The notes under the pieces were generated by a model, which saw only the letters and a program-made list of their open reading frames with translations, was not told where the DNA came from and ran no database searches. DNA of 63,871 bases, filler included, from Globobulimina sp. (taxonomy: Eukaryota), in assembly GCA_003354225.1 (NCBI GenBank). It is 49 parts of 49 records of this genome, joined end to end, with 100 filler letters (N's around TTAATTAATTAA, not from the genome) between each part and the next. Parts side by side here need not be neighbours in the genome. Positions count along the whole stretch, not along the records: positions 48,317 to 49,521 come from PIVH01021021.1; positions 49,622 to 50,826 come from PIVH01021022.1; positions 50,927 to 52,131 come from PIVH01021023.1; positions 52,232 to 53,436 come from PIVH01021024.1; positions 53,537 to 54,741 come from PIVH01021025.1; positions 54,842 to 56,046 come from PIVH01021026.1; positions 56,147 to 57,351 come from PIVH01021027.1; positions 57,452 to 58,655 come from PIVH01021028.1; 41 more parts are not named here. One strand, 5' to 3'. Each line of letters opens with the position of its first letter. Positions within the stretch are counted from its first letter, which is position 1. The translations under genes were made by a program, and so were the position numbers. Below are positions 48,317-60,602 of this stretch, in pieces.

Positions 48317-49009
48317 TAAACCAACCATTATCGCAATGCATTGATAAACAATCTCCTTTCGAATGGAATAGACGTCATTTACTTTTCGCGCCTTGTAAAA
48401 TATGATAAAAGAGCAGATAACCGGTATGGATGCAATTATTAATTGTACAATATCTAAGACTATGGGGTCATTCACAGAAAAAAATACAGCAACGGTTGTG
48501 TTTATAACTACTGATATTACAAATGGTATCGTCAGATATTTAGCACAGACTATGGGGTTTCCGTATTTATTTTTGTTTATAATAAACCAATTATCCGTGA
48601 CCTTTGCATTTAAGCCTTTTTTCCATGCTGATTCTGCAATTCTCGTCGCGTACTGTTGTTCATAATACAAAGAAAAAACTTTTACTAGAAATAAAAAGAA
48701 TGCACTCCACCACGCTACGCTAAATGTTAAATGATAGAGCCAATTTATCCTTATTATTAACCATATACTGACTGCGGAGGCATACACTCTCTCAAATAAC
48801 AGTGTAAACAACATCATTATGTTCAATATGTAAACAATTGTTTTATTTCGGAACTTCATTACAGATCCATTTGGAGGGAGTTTGTGGAATTTGTACAGGG
48901 AATACATCATAACTGGACATAAGAACATATAATTGAATACTACCCAGCATATTCCTGCTGTGTCGAGCGCATCAATATTGCTTTTATGTTGAAAATCCAA
49001 TAACGGCAT
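48317..49009 (-). CDS. 7TM-type membrane protein N-terminus (7TM-RGS-like)
   Basis: Five to six TM helices; KFRNKTIVY and NDVYSIRKEI motifs. Confidence 0.6.
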
Positions 49010-50435
49010 TATTATGATGATGCTTTTTAATTTAGTTTTTTCTCGAATAACGTTAATTAATTACACAGAAATAGAATATATTGCATAATCCCGATATAAA
49101 TACATTTAATATTCAGCAAACACAAACTGTCCGTTGTATACGCAAAAGTAAAAAAAATGTAATCATACAATTTGAGTAATTTCTAATATCAATCAAAAAA
49201 ATTACAGTAATAATTTCTAATATCAATCCAATAATCTGGCAAATCATACTGATACAATATACACGTCATTATAGTTCCAAATAACATCATAGCCAATGGA
49301 CATGCAGCTGCAGTTTGCTTCATAAGTACATAAGTCAGCATAAGTACATAAACCAACAGATAATGTTAATACAGCAATAGCAACAAACATTGCAGATTGG
49401 TCTGTAGGGTGTCGTTGGCTCCTCATTATTTGTGGCACTGTCTGCTACCACATCTCCTGGTGTTGTCGCAGTGGTTGCTCCTTCCTCATCTATATCTATT
49501 GGCGAATACTGGAAGGCTTGANNNNNNNNNNNNNNNNNNNNNNNNNNNNNNNNNNNNNNNNNNNNTTAATTAATTAANNNNNNNNNNNNNNNNNNNNNNN
49601 NNNNNNNNNNNNNNNNNNNNNTGTTTCCAAAAGGTAGTATTCTAAAATCTAAAATATATTTTTTTAACTGATCAATGGTGATATCACTCATACAATTAAT
49701 GATACAAACGTGTAAAAATCTGATATTCTGATACTGGAATATAACTTTTATGCAACACATAAAACAATGTGCAACAAAATACATTTAATACAATGACACA
49801 AAATTAACATAAAAATATAAATTACTAACAAAATTATAATAACATAAAAATATAAAATTACTACACCATTGTCATTTATTGGTGTTTATCATTTCCAGTT
49901 TCCTTTTTTTTACCAATATTTTTTGTTTTATTTCTAAATGCATTGAGCATTCTGCTCATAAATGTTGTTTTTGGTGTATCTGCATTTTTGGCATTTTTGG
50001 CGTTTTTGGCATTTTTGGCATTTGCTGGATCATGAAAATCCCAGGAAAGTGAGTAAACCGCATGGTTGTCGTTATTGGTCATATGTTTACTTTTATTTTC
50101 ACTCTTTTTAGGTGTTTTGGGCCAATCATCATCAGATACTTCGTCATCAGAATTCGAATCCATTACATACATATTACTGTTGTTTATTTTATATAAGCTG
50201 TATTTAAATTGCTTACTATTGCGGGAAAACATAGTTTATGATCGAGTAATTGCTGCAATGTTCGAAAGGATTAGGAAAGATAAAAAACTCTAAGCTAGTA
50301 TAAAGATAAACGTTTTTGAAATATTCACTTAGGGAAAGAAATCAAGCAAGTATTAATAGTATGAGTAGTATCCAGTCGCACAACAAAAAAAGGGCAATGT
50401 GCCTTATTTTAACTCTAAAATGAATATTGTTAATG

Positions 50436-50780
50436 TCATTGTGCACTTTTTTCATCATTATCATTGTTTTTATTATTCTGTCCTTTTTTTAATTGATAAT
50501 AATTAATTGGATATCTATCATGTGGCAAATCCGCACAATATCCTAATTTTATAGGTAGCCGACCTTTTCCTCCATATTTTGCCGGTATTTGATCGATCTG
50601 AATATATTTTTGCATCTCAACTAAAAAATCACTCCCAACCACTTTTATCTTTCCATAAGTTATTGGATCAATAAACGTGCCCAATATTCTCCAAATCATT
50701 CGAAATGCGAAGGGTGCATTTATTAAAAACAACACATGCAAAGTCTCTGGAAATACATTCCTATTTATTTTAATTACAAC
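50436..50780 (-). CDS. SEC14/CRAL-TRIO domain, terminal exon
   Basis: FPETL..LFLINAPFAFRMIW..FIDP.T..KIKV..IPAKYGG. Confidence 0.9.
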   Translation of the reverse strand, partial: VVIKINRNVFPETLHVLFLINAPFAFRMIWRILGTFIDPITYGKIKVVGSDFLVEMQKYIQIDQIPAKYGGKGRLPIKLGYCADLPHDRYPINYYQLKKGQNNKNNDNDEKSAQ

Positions 50781-50926
50781 AAATGCGTTTTTACAGCGCC
50801 GCAATATATTAGTTAGCTGCTATATANNNNNNNNNNNNNNNNNNNNNNNNNNNNNNNNNNNNNNNNNNNNTTAATTAATTAANNNNNNNNNNNNNNNNNN
50901 NNNNNNNNNNNNNNNNNNNNNNNNNN

Positions 50927-52131
50927 CGTCGGATAATTTACAAACACAAACACAATCATTGTTTCCTCCATTAATCACAAATAATAATAATAATGGATCA
51001 GATCGACCAGCATCGATATCAACAGCATCCGCATCGTCATCTTCATCTTCGTCATTAAATGCAACATTAAACAATCATCGAAACAGATTGATAAGTTTAC
51101 AAACAATACATTCGAGACACTCTACCAACACCACATCGAATGCATTACCAAATAACAACGGCAACAGCAACAGCAGCACCACCACCATCTCCTTTAATCA
51201 TATTTCATCCGTCGGCGTCGGCCAATCGCCACCATTATTATCCCGTAATTATAGTCATAATAATTTTGTTCAACAAAATCATGATTTCCAACGTTTAGTA
51301 TCTTTATCACCACCGCTCTCACCGTCATTAAATGCAAGTAATACAAATAATAATAATACAAATAATAATAATAACAACAACAATCCGCCATTACCACAAT
51401 TTTTAGTTGCACCTAATAATAATAATCATCATCTTCATCATCATCATATGGGGAATATGAATATGATGGCAATCAATAATCCAATGTTAAATGCGGGCGC
51501 CTACCATCACCAAATGATAAATGACGAGAAACAGCAACAGCAACAACAACAACAAGAAGAAAAAAAAGAACAAGTTTTAGAGTTGGTAGTAGAGGAAGAA
51601 GCGGAGGAAGAAGAAGAAGAAGAGTAAGAGGAGGAAGAGAAGAAAGAGTTGAAATGGCAATATAAACATTGCCGATACTTGGCGTGCGCAGTGAATTTTG
51701 GTCCGAGTAACTTGCGAAAGATTCGCCTGACCGGTGTCTCCATATTAACACAGTCATTAATCAGAGTTTTATCTTGTTTGTCCTTTATTGTCCATTTAGA
51801 ATTGGCGCATTTTCATGCATATAAATTGGTGACAATGTCTTTAGCGCATTTACAGCGAGTCTCGCAATTGAAAATGATCCGACAATTAAAGGTTTTCCCA
51901 GTGATACGCAATAATTCATATAAATCCGCTATGTATGACGCAGTGGCGGTGGCCACATTTATCACACAAATTGGGAGCACGGCCTTGACCTTGGGTATAA
52001 AATACGAAAGTATTGAGATATCCGCAGAAGAAGAAGCATCACTAAAATTATCCAAAACTGTCGACGCAGACAACACAAATACAAATACAAATGTCGATGT
52101 TGATGATGTTGATGATGTTGATGATGATGAT
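50927..52131 (+). CDS. Low-complexity (N/Q/E/H) protein with one in-frame TAA at 51625
   Basis: ORFs 50959-51627 and 51649 onward share a frame; the TAA sits inside a GAA/GAG run. Confidence 0.5.
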
Positions 52132-52838
52132 NNNNNNNNNNNNNNNNNNNNNNNNNNNNNNNNNNNNNNNNNNNNTTAATTAATTAANNNNNNNNNNNNN
52201 NNNNNNNNNNNNNNNNNNNNNNNNNNNNNNNTGGCAATCATTTTGTGCTTTAATTGTTGTGTCCACTCTTTGTAGTTTACATTGGAATGAACAGTTACTT
52301 TTGTCACCAAATCTTTCAATGTTGTATGTTGAGTGCAGTTTACTATGGCTATGGATACACCAAATAAATATCGAATTATCTATACTTTATATTTGATGTT
52401 GAATATATTTGTTTGTGCGCATGCGTTATAACATTAACTTGAGCAATATCCAACGGTAAGATAGTAATATTCGCAATCGTGCCTTAACATTTTATTATAA
52501 ATTAATATACAATGATGTTGCATTGATGATGAACAGTACCTCTTTTGCCAGAATATGAGATTAATAGATGTGAAATAGATTGATGGATGTCGTTATTTGA
52601 ATGTGATAACATTTGAGATTGTAACAATGACATTAATAAATCAGTAGGCACAGAACACGACATTAATGCTTGTAATTCTTTTAATAATCTTGTTTCTTCA
52701 TTATGAGCAAAGCTCGGTGAATCATTCCGTTTGCTATCTGAATCTTCCATTATCTCAACTACTTTACTTACATCCAACTGCTGTTTTTTTAACTCGTTTT
52801 AAGCATAGAAACTGTTTGGTTTTGCAACAAACTCAAAT

Positions 52839-53144
52839 ATGGCCATGGAGGCAAAACAGAATGCTAATAAATTATCGTTTGAAGTGACATATTGTCGGAA
52901 CTGAGATGGTGGTGGGCAGGAAAGAGATACTGCAAAAAATGCAATTTTAAGTGTATTTCCAAATGCTCACGTTAAAACTACGCAAATTAGTAACTATCCA
53001 ATCACAGTGACCATCACTAATTTATCTGATAATAACACAATAATATGGTCTAAATCTCAAAAGAATTTATTTTCGAAACATCCATCAAAACGAAAGCAGT
53101 CGATTAAAGAAATAAAAAATGAATTAAATAAGATTAAAAAATAA
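52839..53144 (+). CDS. Rdx-family (SelW/SelT/SelH-like) selenoprotein, 101 aa, UGA-Sec at 52902-52904
   Basis: FEVTYCRN-UGA-DGGG (CxxU after the first beta strand); frame stays open for 79 more codons to TAA. Confidence 0.8.
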
Positions 53145-53188
53145 AATAATTTGCAATTTTTTTGGTTTTTATAGCAAAATTAATGGAT

Positions 53189-53272
53189 ACATATTACAAA
53201 TAATTGATTCAATGTGATAAAAAGAAAAAAAATCTTTTTTGAAAATATGCAAGCAATTTATTTACAATATGT
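53189..53272 (+). promoter_or_regulatory. Candidate atypical SECIS element
   Basis: GUGA (53214)...UGAA (53240) core, AAAAAGA/UCUUUUU upper helix with A-rich loop, outer stems ACAUAUU/AAUAUGU and AAAUAAUUG/CAAUUUAUUU. Confidence 0.4.
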
Positions 53273-53542
53273 GTGCTTTGAATTTGTTTTGTTTTTGATG
53301 TTAACCAAACCATTATGATCTGTTTTGATTTATATAAATTTGTTAATTGTCTTTGAATGTGTTTTTTACCCGTTAACATTCATATACTTACTTTAGAATC
53401 GGACCTGTTTGATATTCATTATCCTTGCACTGCATANNNNNNNNNNNNNNNNNNNNNNNNNNNNNNNNNNNNNNNNNNNNTTAATTAATTAANNNNNNNN
53501 NNNNNNNNNNNNNNNNNNNNNNNNNNNNNNNNNNNNACATAC

Positions 53543-53995
53543 CCATTTCCCAATTGTTTTTGTATTATAACCAACTTTTTTCAATACAGTAGCAAATGAT
53601 GTTTCATTTGTAGGCAGTCCACCAATTGCTCCATTCGCCAGTACACCACCTGACCATCCTCCACATGTTCCTGATCTTACACATAATCGACCTGTTAACA
53701 TAGCAGCGCGTGAAGGTGAACATTGATGGCCGCCACTGTACCATGTTGTAAATATCATTCCTGATAAAGCATAATAATCAATATTGGGCGTGTATATGGT
53801 GGGATGCCCAGTATATGATAAATCTCCATATCCCAGATCATCAGCAAAAAATATGATAAAATTTGGTTTGTTATCTGCCTTTGCTTCTTGTAATCTGTTT
53901 AGTTTCTCTTTTGTGCTCCATTTTCGAATAACTAATTCTGATTCGAATGTCGATGATACTATTTGACACAAACACAACAAGAAAATCGACGCCAT
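53543..53995 (-). CDS. Arylsulfatase (ARSA-like), first exon
   Basis: Signal peptide; KPNFIIFFADDLGYGD, CSPSRAAMLTGR and GYNTKTIGKW; GTATGT donor. Confidence 0.95.
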
Positions 53996-54067
53996 GGATG
54001 AGATTTAGATTTGTGAAAGTTTTTGAGGTTCAACATCACAAAACAACGTACTTAGTTTAATTTAAAC

Positions 54068-54622
54068 CTAAAAATATACAGTTTCATAAGATTTAATTTG
54101 TTCATTATCAGAATCATGTCTATCCTGATCATTAAGCATTGTTTTTGTTTGTTGATACCATTTCAAATGTGGTGTAATTTGGATAAATGCTGCCTTATCT
54201 GTTGCAAATAATGTTGAAAAACATTGTTTAAATACAAATATCGCAACTATTTTCCCAGAAGTAACCATCATCGTTTTTAAAGATATTTCAATTCCCAAAA
54301 TATTTACAATCGAATCACCTCCATTTGGTATTGTAAATTGTGCCCACAATGTTTGCGTTGTAAATATTATTGCAATGAGTGCGGAAATAAGAATTTTCCA
54401 TTTCCGATCGGTTGGAAATCCATCAAATAATGAAGCAACAATAAGAGCAATGAATAATGATAATATTTGACAACAATATCCAGTGAGATGCCACCATGGC
54501 AAACTATTATGAACAAAGGAATATATAATATCTGCAATAAAACCAGCAAAGCAATAATAAAATTTGAACCAGAATTCAAAAGTTCTAATAATGAAATTAA
54601 AAGCTTTTTTATTGACTGACAA
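54068..54622 (-). CDS. Multi-pass membrane protein C-terminal part
   Basis: Four hydrophobic segments. Confidence 0.5.
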   Translation of the reverse strand: MSVNKKAFNFIIRTFEFWFKFYYCFAGFIADIIYSFVHNSLPWWHLTGYCCQILSLFIALIVASLFDGFPTDRKWKILISALIAIIFTTQTLWAQFTIPNGGDSIVNILGIEISLKTMMVTSGKIVAIFVFKQCFSTLFATDKAAFIQITPHLKWYQQTKTMLNDQDRHDSDNEQIKSYETVYF

Positions 54623-55244
54623 TAAACCTATGGGAGCGGTAACGCTCAGAAACCCCTGGAAATCATTATTTGGCTTTGGGTGTGATAGAATTGCAGCTGC
54701 AATTCATAATCAACGGTCATCGCAAATCACAAGTTAATTAANNNNNNNNNNNNNNNNNNNNNNNNNNNNNNNNNNNNNNNNNNNNTTAATTAATTAANNN
54801 NNNNNNNNNNNNNNNNNNNNNNNNNNNNNNNNNNNNNNNNNAATTTAAAATTATTGACACAAACATAATAATTCATGTACAAAACAAAAAGAAAAATCAC
54901 AAATCACAAAGAACACGATGCAAATAAACCAAATAATTTCTGCATCATCCAACTTTGAGTTATATGGAACTAAAGGGATATAACTCCAGTTATATAGGCG
55001 ATGGATACATTATGATTTGACAACATCAATACGATCATAATCATGACGTATTGAATCTGTGATTGAAAATACATAAACTCGTTTCTTCCTTAATATTTTT
55101 TTTAGGAGAATGAAACAACAAAGTCTAAGTCTAAAAAGAAGTTTTTCGCAACTAAGCACAAACAAAAACTTCCCTACACACAAAAGACATAAGCCAACGA
55201 ACAAACACAGGCAAACAAAGAAAGCGATACAAAAATTAGGCAAT

Positions 55245-55637
55245 ATGAGCGATAATGAGCAATCTGAGTCGAAACAGAATGACCAACAACAAGTATCACC
55301 ACCACCACCGCACGAAACGGAGGCGGAAGCATGGGCGAGAGATCGAGATGAAGTAATCGCAGCATTACAAACAACATGGAATGCAATCCGCGAAATCAAC
55401 AATTGCGAGCAATTAATGGGACAATATTTACGATGTACGCCATATCAACGTACCATTTATATGATGGGCTTGAAAGCCAATCAAGTGAGAATGATTAGAG
55501 CTGAAGTCAAGAATGCGATTCATCGACAAACCGAGCAAGCGAAAGAAATGCGACAGCAACAGCAGCAAATATCGCAACAAGAAATTCAACAATTGGTTGA
55601 ACAACGTAACCAGAACCAATCTGGATTCCAAGTTTAG
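55245..55637 (+). CDS. Hypothetical Q-rich coiled-coil protein
   Basis: Open frame with no recognised family. Confidence 0.4.
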   Translation: MSDNEQSESKQNDQQQVSPPPPHETEAEAWARDRDEVIAALQTTWNAIREINNCEQLMGQYLRCTPYQRTIYMMGLKANQVRMIRAEVKNAIHRQTEQAKEMRQQQQQISQQEIQQLVEQRNQNQSGFQV

Positions 55638-55884
55638 TAAAACAAAAATCAATTCATTGAGACGCTTGACGTCATGGAACGGAAAAAGCGGCATTTTTTA
55701 TACGCAAAACATAAAATTATATATGATAGTTAATGGCAAAGGCGGTGGATAAAATGGGTGGAACCATGGGAGCATTTGCTACGGCCATAGAAACCCAAGG
55801 AAATAACATGCAGAGAGTCACCCGCCATATGACCACCATGACAGAGTATCGAACCAACAAAGCGTTATTATATAAAAACGCATA

Positions 55885-56030
55885 CATTGAGTTGTTTAGA
55901 ATGAATCTCGGGCTCTGGAATTACGTCAAGAACCATAACCCCAAAACAATTGATCGCAACGCGAAACGGGACCTGGTTTGGCTGAATTATGTTCCCGGAG
56001 TGAGGGAGAGCCGGCGACTGATGGGTGAGG
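55885..56030 (+). CDS. Bacterial FAD-dependent oxidoreductase fragment
   Basis: ELFRMNLGLWNYVKNH...LVWLNYVPGVRESRRLMG; GC content rises here. Confidence 0.65.
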
Positions 56031-56146
56031 CGCTGATGGCAGCGGCNNNNNNNNNNNNNNNNNNNNNNNNNNNNNNNNNNNNNNNNNNNNTTAATTAATT
56101 AANNNNNNNNNNNNNNNNNNNNNNNNNNNNNNNNNNNNNNNNNNNN

Positions 56147-56505
56147 ATGACGAAGGGGCGGGCACTATGTCGCTGCCGTGGTTGTTACATGTTAATGTCA
56201 GAGGGATATTTGTTATTGACACCAAAGGATATGCCAATGTTGGATTGCTCTGCATCGTAGCCATTGGAATGGGGGAGGTTTCCTCGGTTCTTTTTTATCC
56301 AAAGGTTGGCGATGCAGTTAAAAAAGGTGAACCGTTTGGCGCCTTTCAGTTTGGAGGCAGTTCGATTGTTGTGATGAATGAGGATTTATCCAAATATGGA
56401 AAGAAATTAACGTATCATTCAAGATTCAAACAGCAACCAAAAGAAAGTGAGCATATTGAATTTTTAGTTGGAGAAATTATGGCAAATATTGAATCAATAA
56501 AATAA
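56147..56505 (+). CDS. Phosphatidylserine decarboxylase C-terminus
   Basis: AIGMGEVSS and VKKGEPFGAFQFGGSS (GGS autocleavage motif). Confidence 0.9.
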
Positions 56506-56904
56506 GAAAAAAATGATAATTTCATTACTGTAGCTGACCATTTTTATTTTTTGCGGAATATACTATATTCATTGCGCAAAAAATATTTTTTGTTTGAATG
56601 GCTTAAGCTTCAAATTTTAACTTGTATTATATTTATATCGCGTGTATTACCTAAATATCATTCTTTATAGTTTATATATAATCATATCTCACATTTGCAT
56701 TATCCGAATGGCCGACTAGACTGAGCGGAAGTGACTTTTTTTGTATATATAAAGACACGAGAGTTTTTTACATGGCTCATTTGGAAGCGTTGCTTGTCGG
56801 TGATGATTCCTATTCGAGTGTAGTTATTTTCATACTATTAATCTCGATGGGATTGGGGTGTATTTTATCATGGATTTTATTCGTGTATTTTGTGATTAAA
56901 AGTC

Positions 56905-57351
56905 ACGTCATACAAATCCCATTTATTGCGTTGATCAACACCCAAAGTCGGCCAGGTGGGCCATATGCCAAAAACATCATATCCTCCAAACAGATTTTTA
57001 CCTTCTTCCAAAAAATGTTCGAATTGATAACCTCCATTATTGGTATCATAAAACTTTTGATCCCATGCAAATTGTAATGTCATCAGGTATTGATTTCTGA
57101 TCCAGCTCAGGTCTTCACGTGTGTATAGGGTATCATTAAAGTTTTCCAGGTCGAACAAATAATTTTCCTGAAACATCAACTTGACGCCATTTTGCCATTC
57201 ACCCTCATATTCGTCGATATAGATTTCATAGTTGACTGATCCCACAGGGTAGAGATAAGTTTTGTACCTGTGCTTTTTCCCATTTTCAACTTCTTTTCTG
57301 CGGGCAATGGCACAGAGCGAAATATCTTCAGATAAATGTATAGCACCATAA
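56905..57351 (-). CDS. Bacterial fragment resembling large FGE/SUMF1-family proteins
   Basis: FAWDQKFYD..FGGYDVFGIWPTWPTLGVDQRN.WDLY. Confidence 0.55.
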
Positions 57352-57451
57352 NNNNNNNNNNNNNNNNNNNNNNNNNNNNNNNNNNNNNNNNNNNNTTAAT
57401 TAATTAANNNNNNNNNNNNNNNNNNNNNNNNNNNNNNNNNNNNNNNNNNNN

Positions 57452-57558
57452 TCAAATTTCTGTGCTAAATGGCCTAATCTGTTTTGTTTCAACCATTTTG
57501 TTGTGCCATCTTCATTTGAGCCGCTTGTTTGGCCTTCAGCTTCCATATAATTCGCCAT
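57452..57558 (-). CDS. N-terminus of a probable SAM-domain protein
   Basis: TKWLKQNRLGHLAQKF. Confidence 0.5.
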
Positions 57559-57665
57559 GCAAAAAGCTGAAAACGTTCCAGCTACACAGCTTACGGAAAA
57601 ACGGACGTTAATTGTTGCGTGCATCAAACAACCTCACTCCACTCATAAAACAAAACAAACTCACA

Positions 57666-58057
57666 ATGCAACAACAAAAATCATCTGAAGCGTTAACAAA
57701 CTCATCAAAGAAATTTGATTGTTACAGGTTCCCGCAAAAATCTGTCAACTTATTGGATTTCAGTCCATCGATATCCTATGCTCGAACAAATGAAATCTGT
57801 GCTAATTTATTGGACAGAACAGCATTCTCACACAAATATGCTGAAGAATTGTCAAATATTTCTGAATTGCAAGAGCTTATCGATGAGTCAAACTATTACA
57901 TAAATATGTTGTATACATACCGGTCAATCTCAAAGCCATTACCAATGATCCCGGCCCATTTAGAGGACGCAGAAAAAAAAACGCTTTATAACATCGTATT
58001 TGATATCTTAACTCCGAATGTACTCAAAATTAAAGGTTTGATGGAATTCAATGATAG
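57666..58057 (+). CDS. CYFIP: CYFIP/Sra-1 (WAVE complex) N-terminal exon
   Basis: DRTAF..KYAEE..YINMLYTYRSISKPLP..ILTPNVLKIKGLMEF. Downstream in-frame sequence appears unrelated. Confidence 0.8.
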
Positions 58058-58755
58058 GTTTGTTTATAAGTTCGCAGCTTCGTATTGGTTGATCAAAGCG
58101 TTCACTTCAACCACTTTTGTGATATGCACATTTCGGTTTATTCATAGTTTAGCATTCTTCAATGAATCAGTGGCACCAAAGAAATGGTTTCAGCTCGAAA
58201 GTGTTATCAATCTTATGACCAGATATTGTTGGCTATGCGCATTATTTTTATCGCTCCACGCGACGAGAATTGTATTAAATTATGCTGACAGAAACCAGTA
58301 TGCTGCAACCAATGTAATTGACAAACTGCAAGCAATTGTCTGCTCTTTGTTGTTCTCGTTTGGTGAAAAGCAGTATTACAAAATATTTGGGTTCATCAAC
58401 AAACGGACAATATCTATGTGGAGAAGAAAGCATAGCAGTATCTATGAATCGGTTTTAAAACAAGTCGAAGAGCAGAATCAGCAGAAAACATTACAAAATA
58501 TAGAAATGAAAATGTGTAGCAGAATCAAGTATAGATCGTCAAAATCTATGAAACTGGGCAAGCTATATCCAATTACTGAAGAGGAAGAGTCATTCCATTC
58601 AGTTACTGCAGCTTCACGATCAATTAGTTATTGGGAAACGAACACTGTTCCCGCTNNNNNNNNNNNNNNNNNNNNNNNNNNNNNNNNNNNNNNNNNNNNT
58701 TAATTAATTAANNNNNNNNNNNNNNNNNNNNNNNNNNNNNNNNNNNNNNNNNNNN

Positions 58756-59763
58756 TGAAATGATGAATTTAATAAAAATTCTCTTCTTTCAGATGGACTT
58801 TTTGATTGGTAATCATTTAATGCTGAAACGGGATCAGTTTCTCCATTTTGTACATAAGCGGCCCATACATTATTACATGTTAATAAGTGCCGTGTTGCTG
58901 CTGTCGATCTGCCACAAATACTTGTGCTATTTCTACGTTTTGAATGTGCCAATACCTGGTCTTGAGGTTGATTGATACATTGCTGCAAACTCAAAGACAT
59001 AAACATTTGAGCATTTTTATCACATTTTGTTTCTGCACCCGATGCATCTTTAAATCTACATTGCTGTATATTGACAATATTTTTATTTGTCAACATTTTA
59101 TAGTTTGCTGACTTTCTTATTATTTCCGTTTTTTTATTTTTCAAATATTCTATTTTCGATACCAAATGTTTCCGTGTCACAATATTTTGTTCACGTATTT
59201 CATCCGCTAAATCTGATTCATACTCATCATCCAATAATGCTAATTGATTTTGTTTGTTGTGTAGCAATTTCTTCTTTTAATAATAACTTATTTGCATTTT
59301 TATATTGGTTTCGTCGAAATTCAGATACTTTACGTATTTTTAATACGTTTCTAACAAAACCATGTCCAAATAATTCCTCCGCAATTTGTTTAATTAATAA
59401 TGTTGCTGCTCTATTATTTGTTGATTGGGCGGACTTCAATTGTTTTTTTATTAATTTCGCGATTTTATCTCGATTATTTGCATTGTTTATAATCAATTTA
59501 TGATTATAATTCACCATAAAATTAATCAAATTAAACCAATGCGCAGTTGGATTATTATCTGGAAAATTTTTTAATGTGCAATATTCCATAAATTGTATCG
59601 GTTTAAATGTATTAAATAGCGGAAACGTTATAGCGATGGTTGGTAAATACGATAAAATCCGCCGTTTCAATATGGTTGAATCACTAACATTTTCTCTAAA
59701 TAATGATACAATTTCACGTAAAATTATCATATTTTTCAATGTCGACGAATTTAAACGATCCAA
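58756..59763 (-). pseudogene. Hypothetical gene split into two overlapping frames
   Basis: ORFs 59763-59227 and 59267-58756 overlap by 41 nt on the same strand. Confidence 0.3.
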
Positions 59764-60602
59764 TACAGCTAATTTTGATGCGATTTTATTTGGGCATTTC
59801 GCATTTGGTAATTTATTACATAATGAATTATAGATTTTATTGGCACATTTTTTGCGGAACAGAATTGTGGAGTTTTTGCTATGTTTTATGGAACAATCAT
59901 TGAGGAAATGTCAACGTGATATGTAGTTAGTTTATGGAACAGGTTTTTGAATTGCGGAANNNNNNNNNNNNNNNNNNNNNNNNNNNNNNNNNNNNNNNNN
60001 NNNTTAATTAATTAANNNNNNNNNNNNNNNNNNNNNNNNNNNNNNNNNNNNNNNNNNNNTTGGACAAGAAATATCGCTGGTCGAAAAACAACAAAACCTT
60101 TCATCGATCAGGCCATGCGTGCTCTGAGAAAATTGTCATAAAAACCCTAAAACAATTCCAAAATTCTCCTGACAAGCAATTTACCAAAGGCATTAGTAGT
60201 AGAAGACAGGATGTGGAATCCATGATAATAATATGCAAAGTTTATCAACTTACAATGCAACTTTTAGTGAAACACACCGTGGTTGAAAATGACAACTATG
60301 CAAAAACGGGCAACACAAACAAGAACTTTCAACAACTTTTGAAACATCTGGATGGCTGTAGAACACAAAATGTTTACTTGAAAAATATTATGCTTGCTAT
60401 TTCGGACGGTACAAAACTATTAAACCATCACAAGAACTAGCTTACTTTACTTTAAACGACCCAAGTAATAACGAATTACCTTAAAAACCAAATATTTACA
60501 AACTAAAGTGCAACACCTGTTGTAAACTTTGCTATCGCAAACAAAGCTTATCACTTATTGCTTATATACATGCATTGTTAAATGTTAAAACAAAATATTT
60601 AT

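Noticed and set aside
49981-50025. 9-bp GCATTTTTG tandem (NAK repeat) and other microsatellite/homopolymer tracts
   Set aside because: Ordinary low-complexity sequence for an AT-rich protist.
58058-58655. CYFIP fused to a membrane domain
   Set aside because: CYFIP similarity stops at a GT donor (58058). The in-frame continuation is more likely intron plus chimeric sequence.
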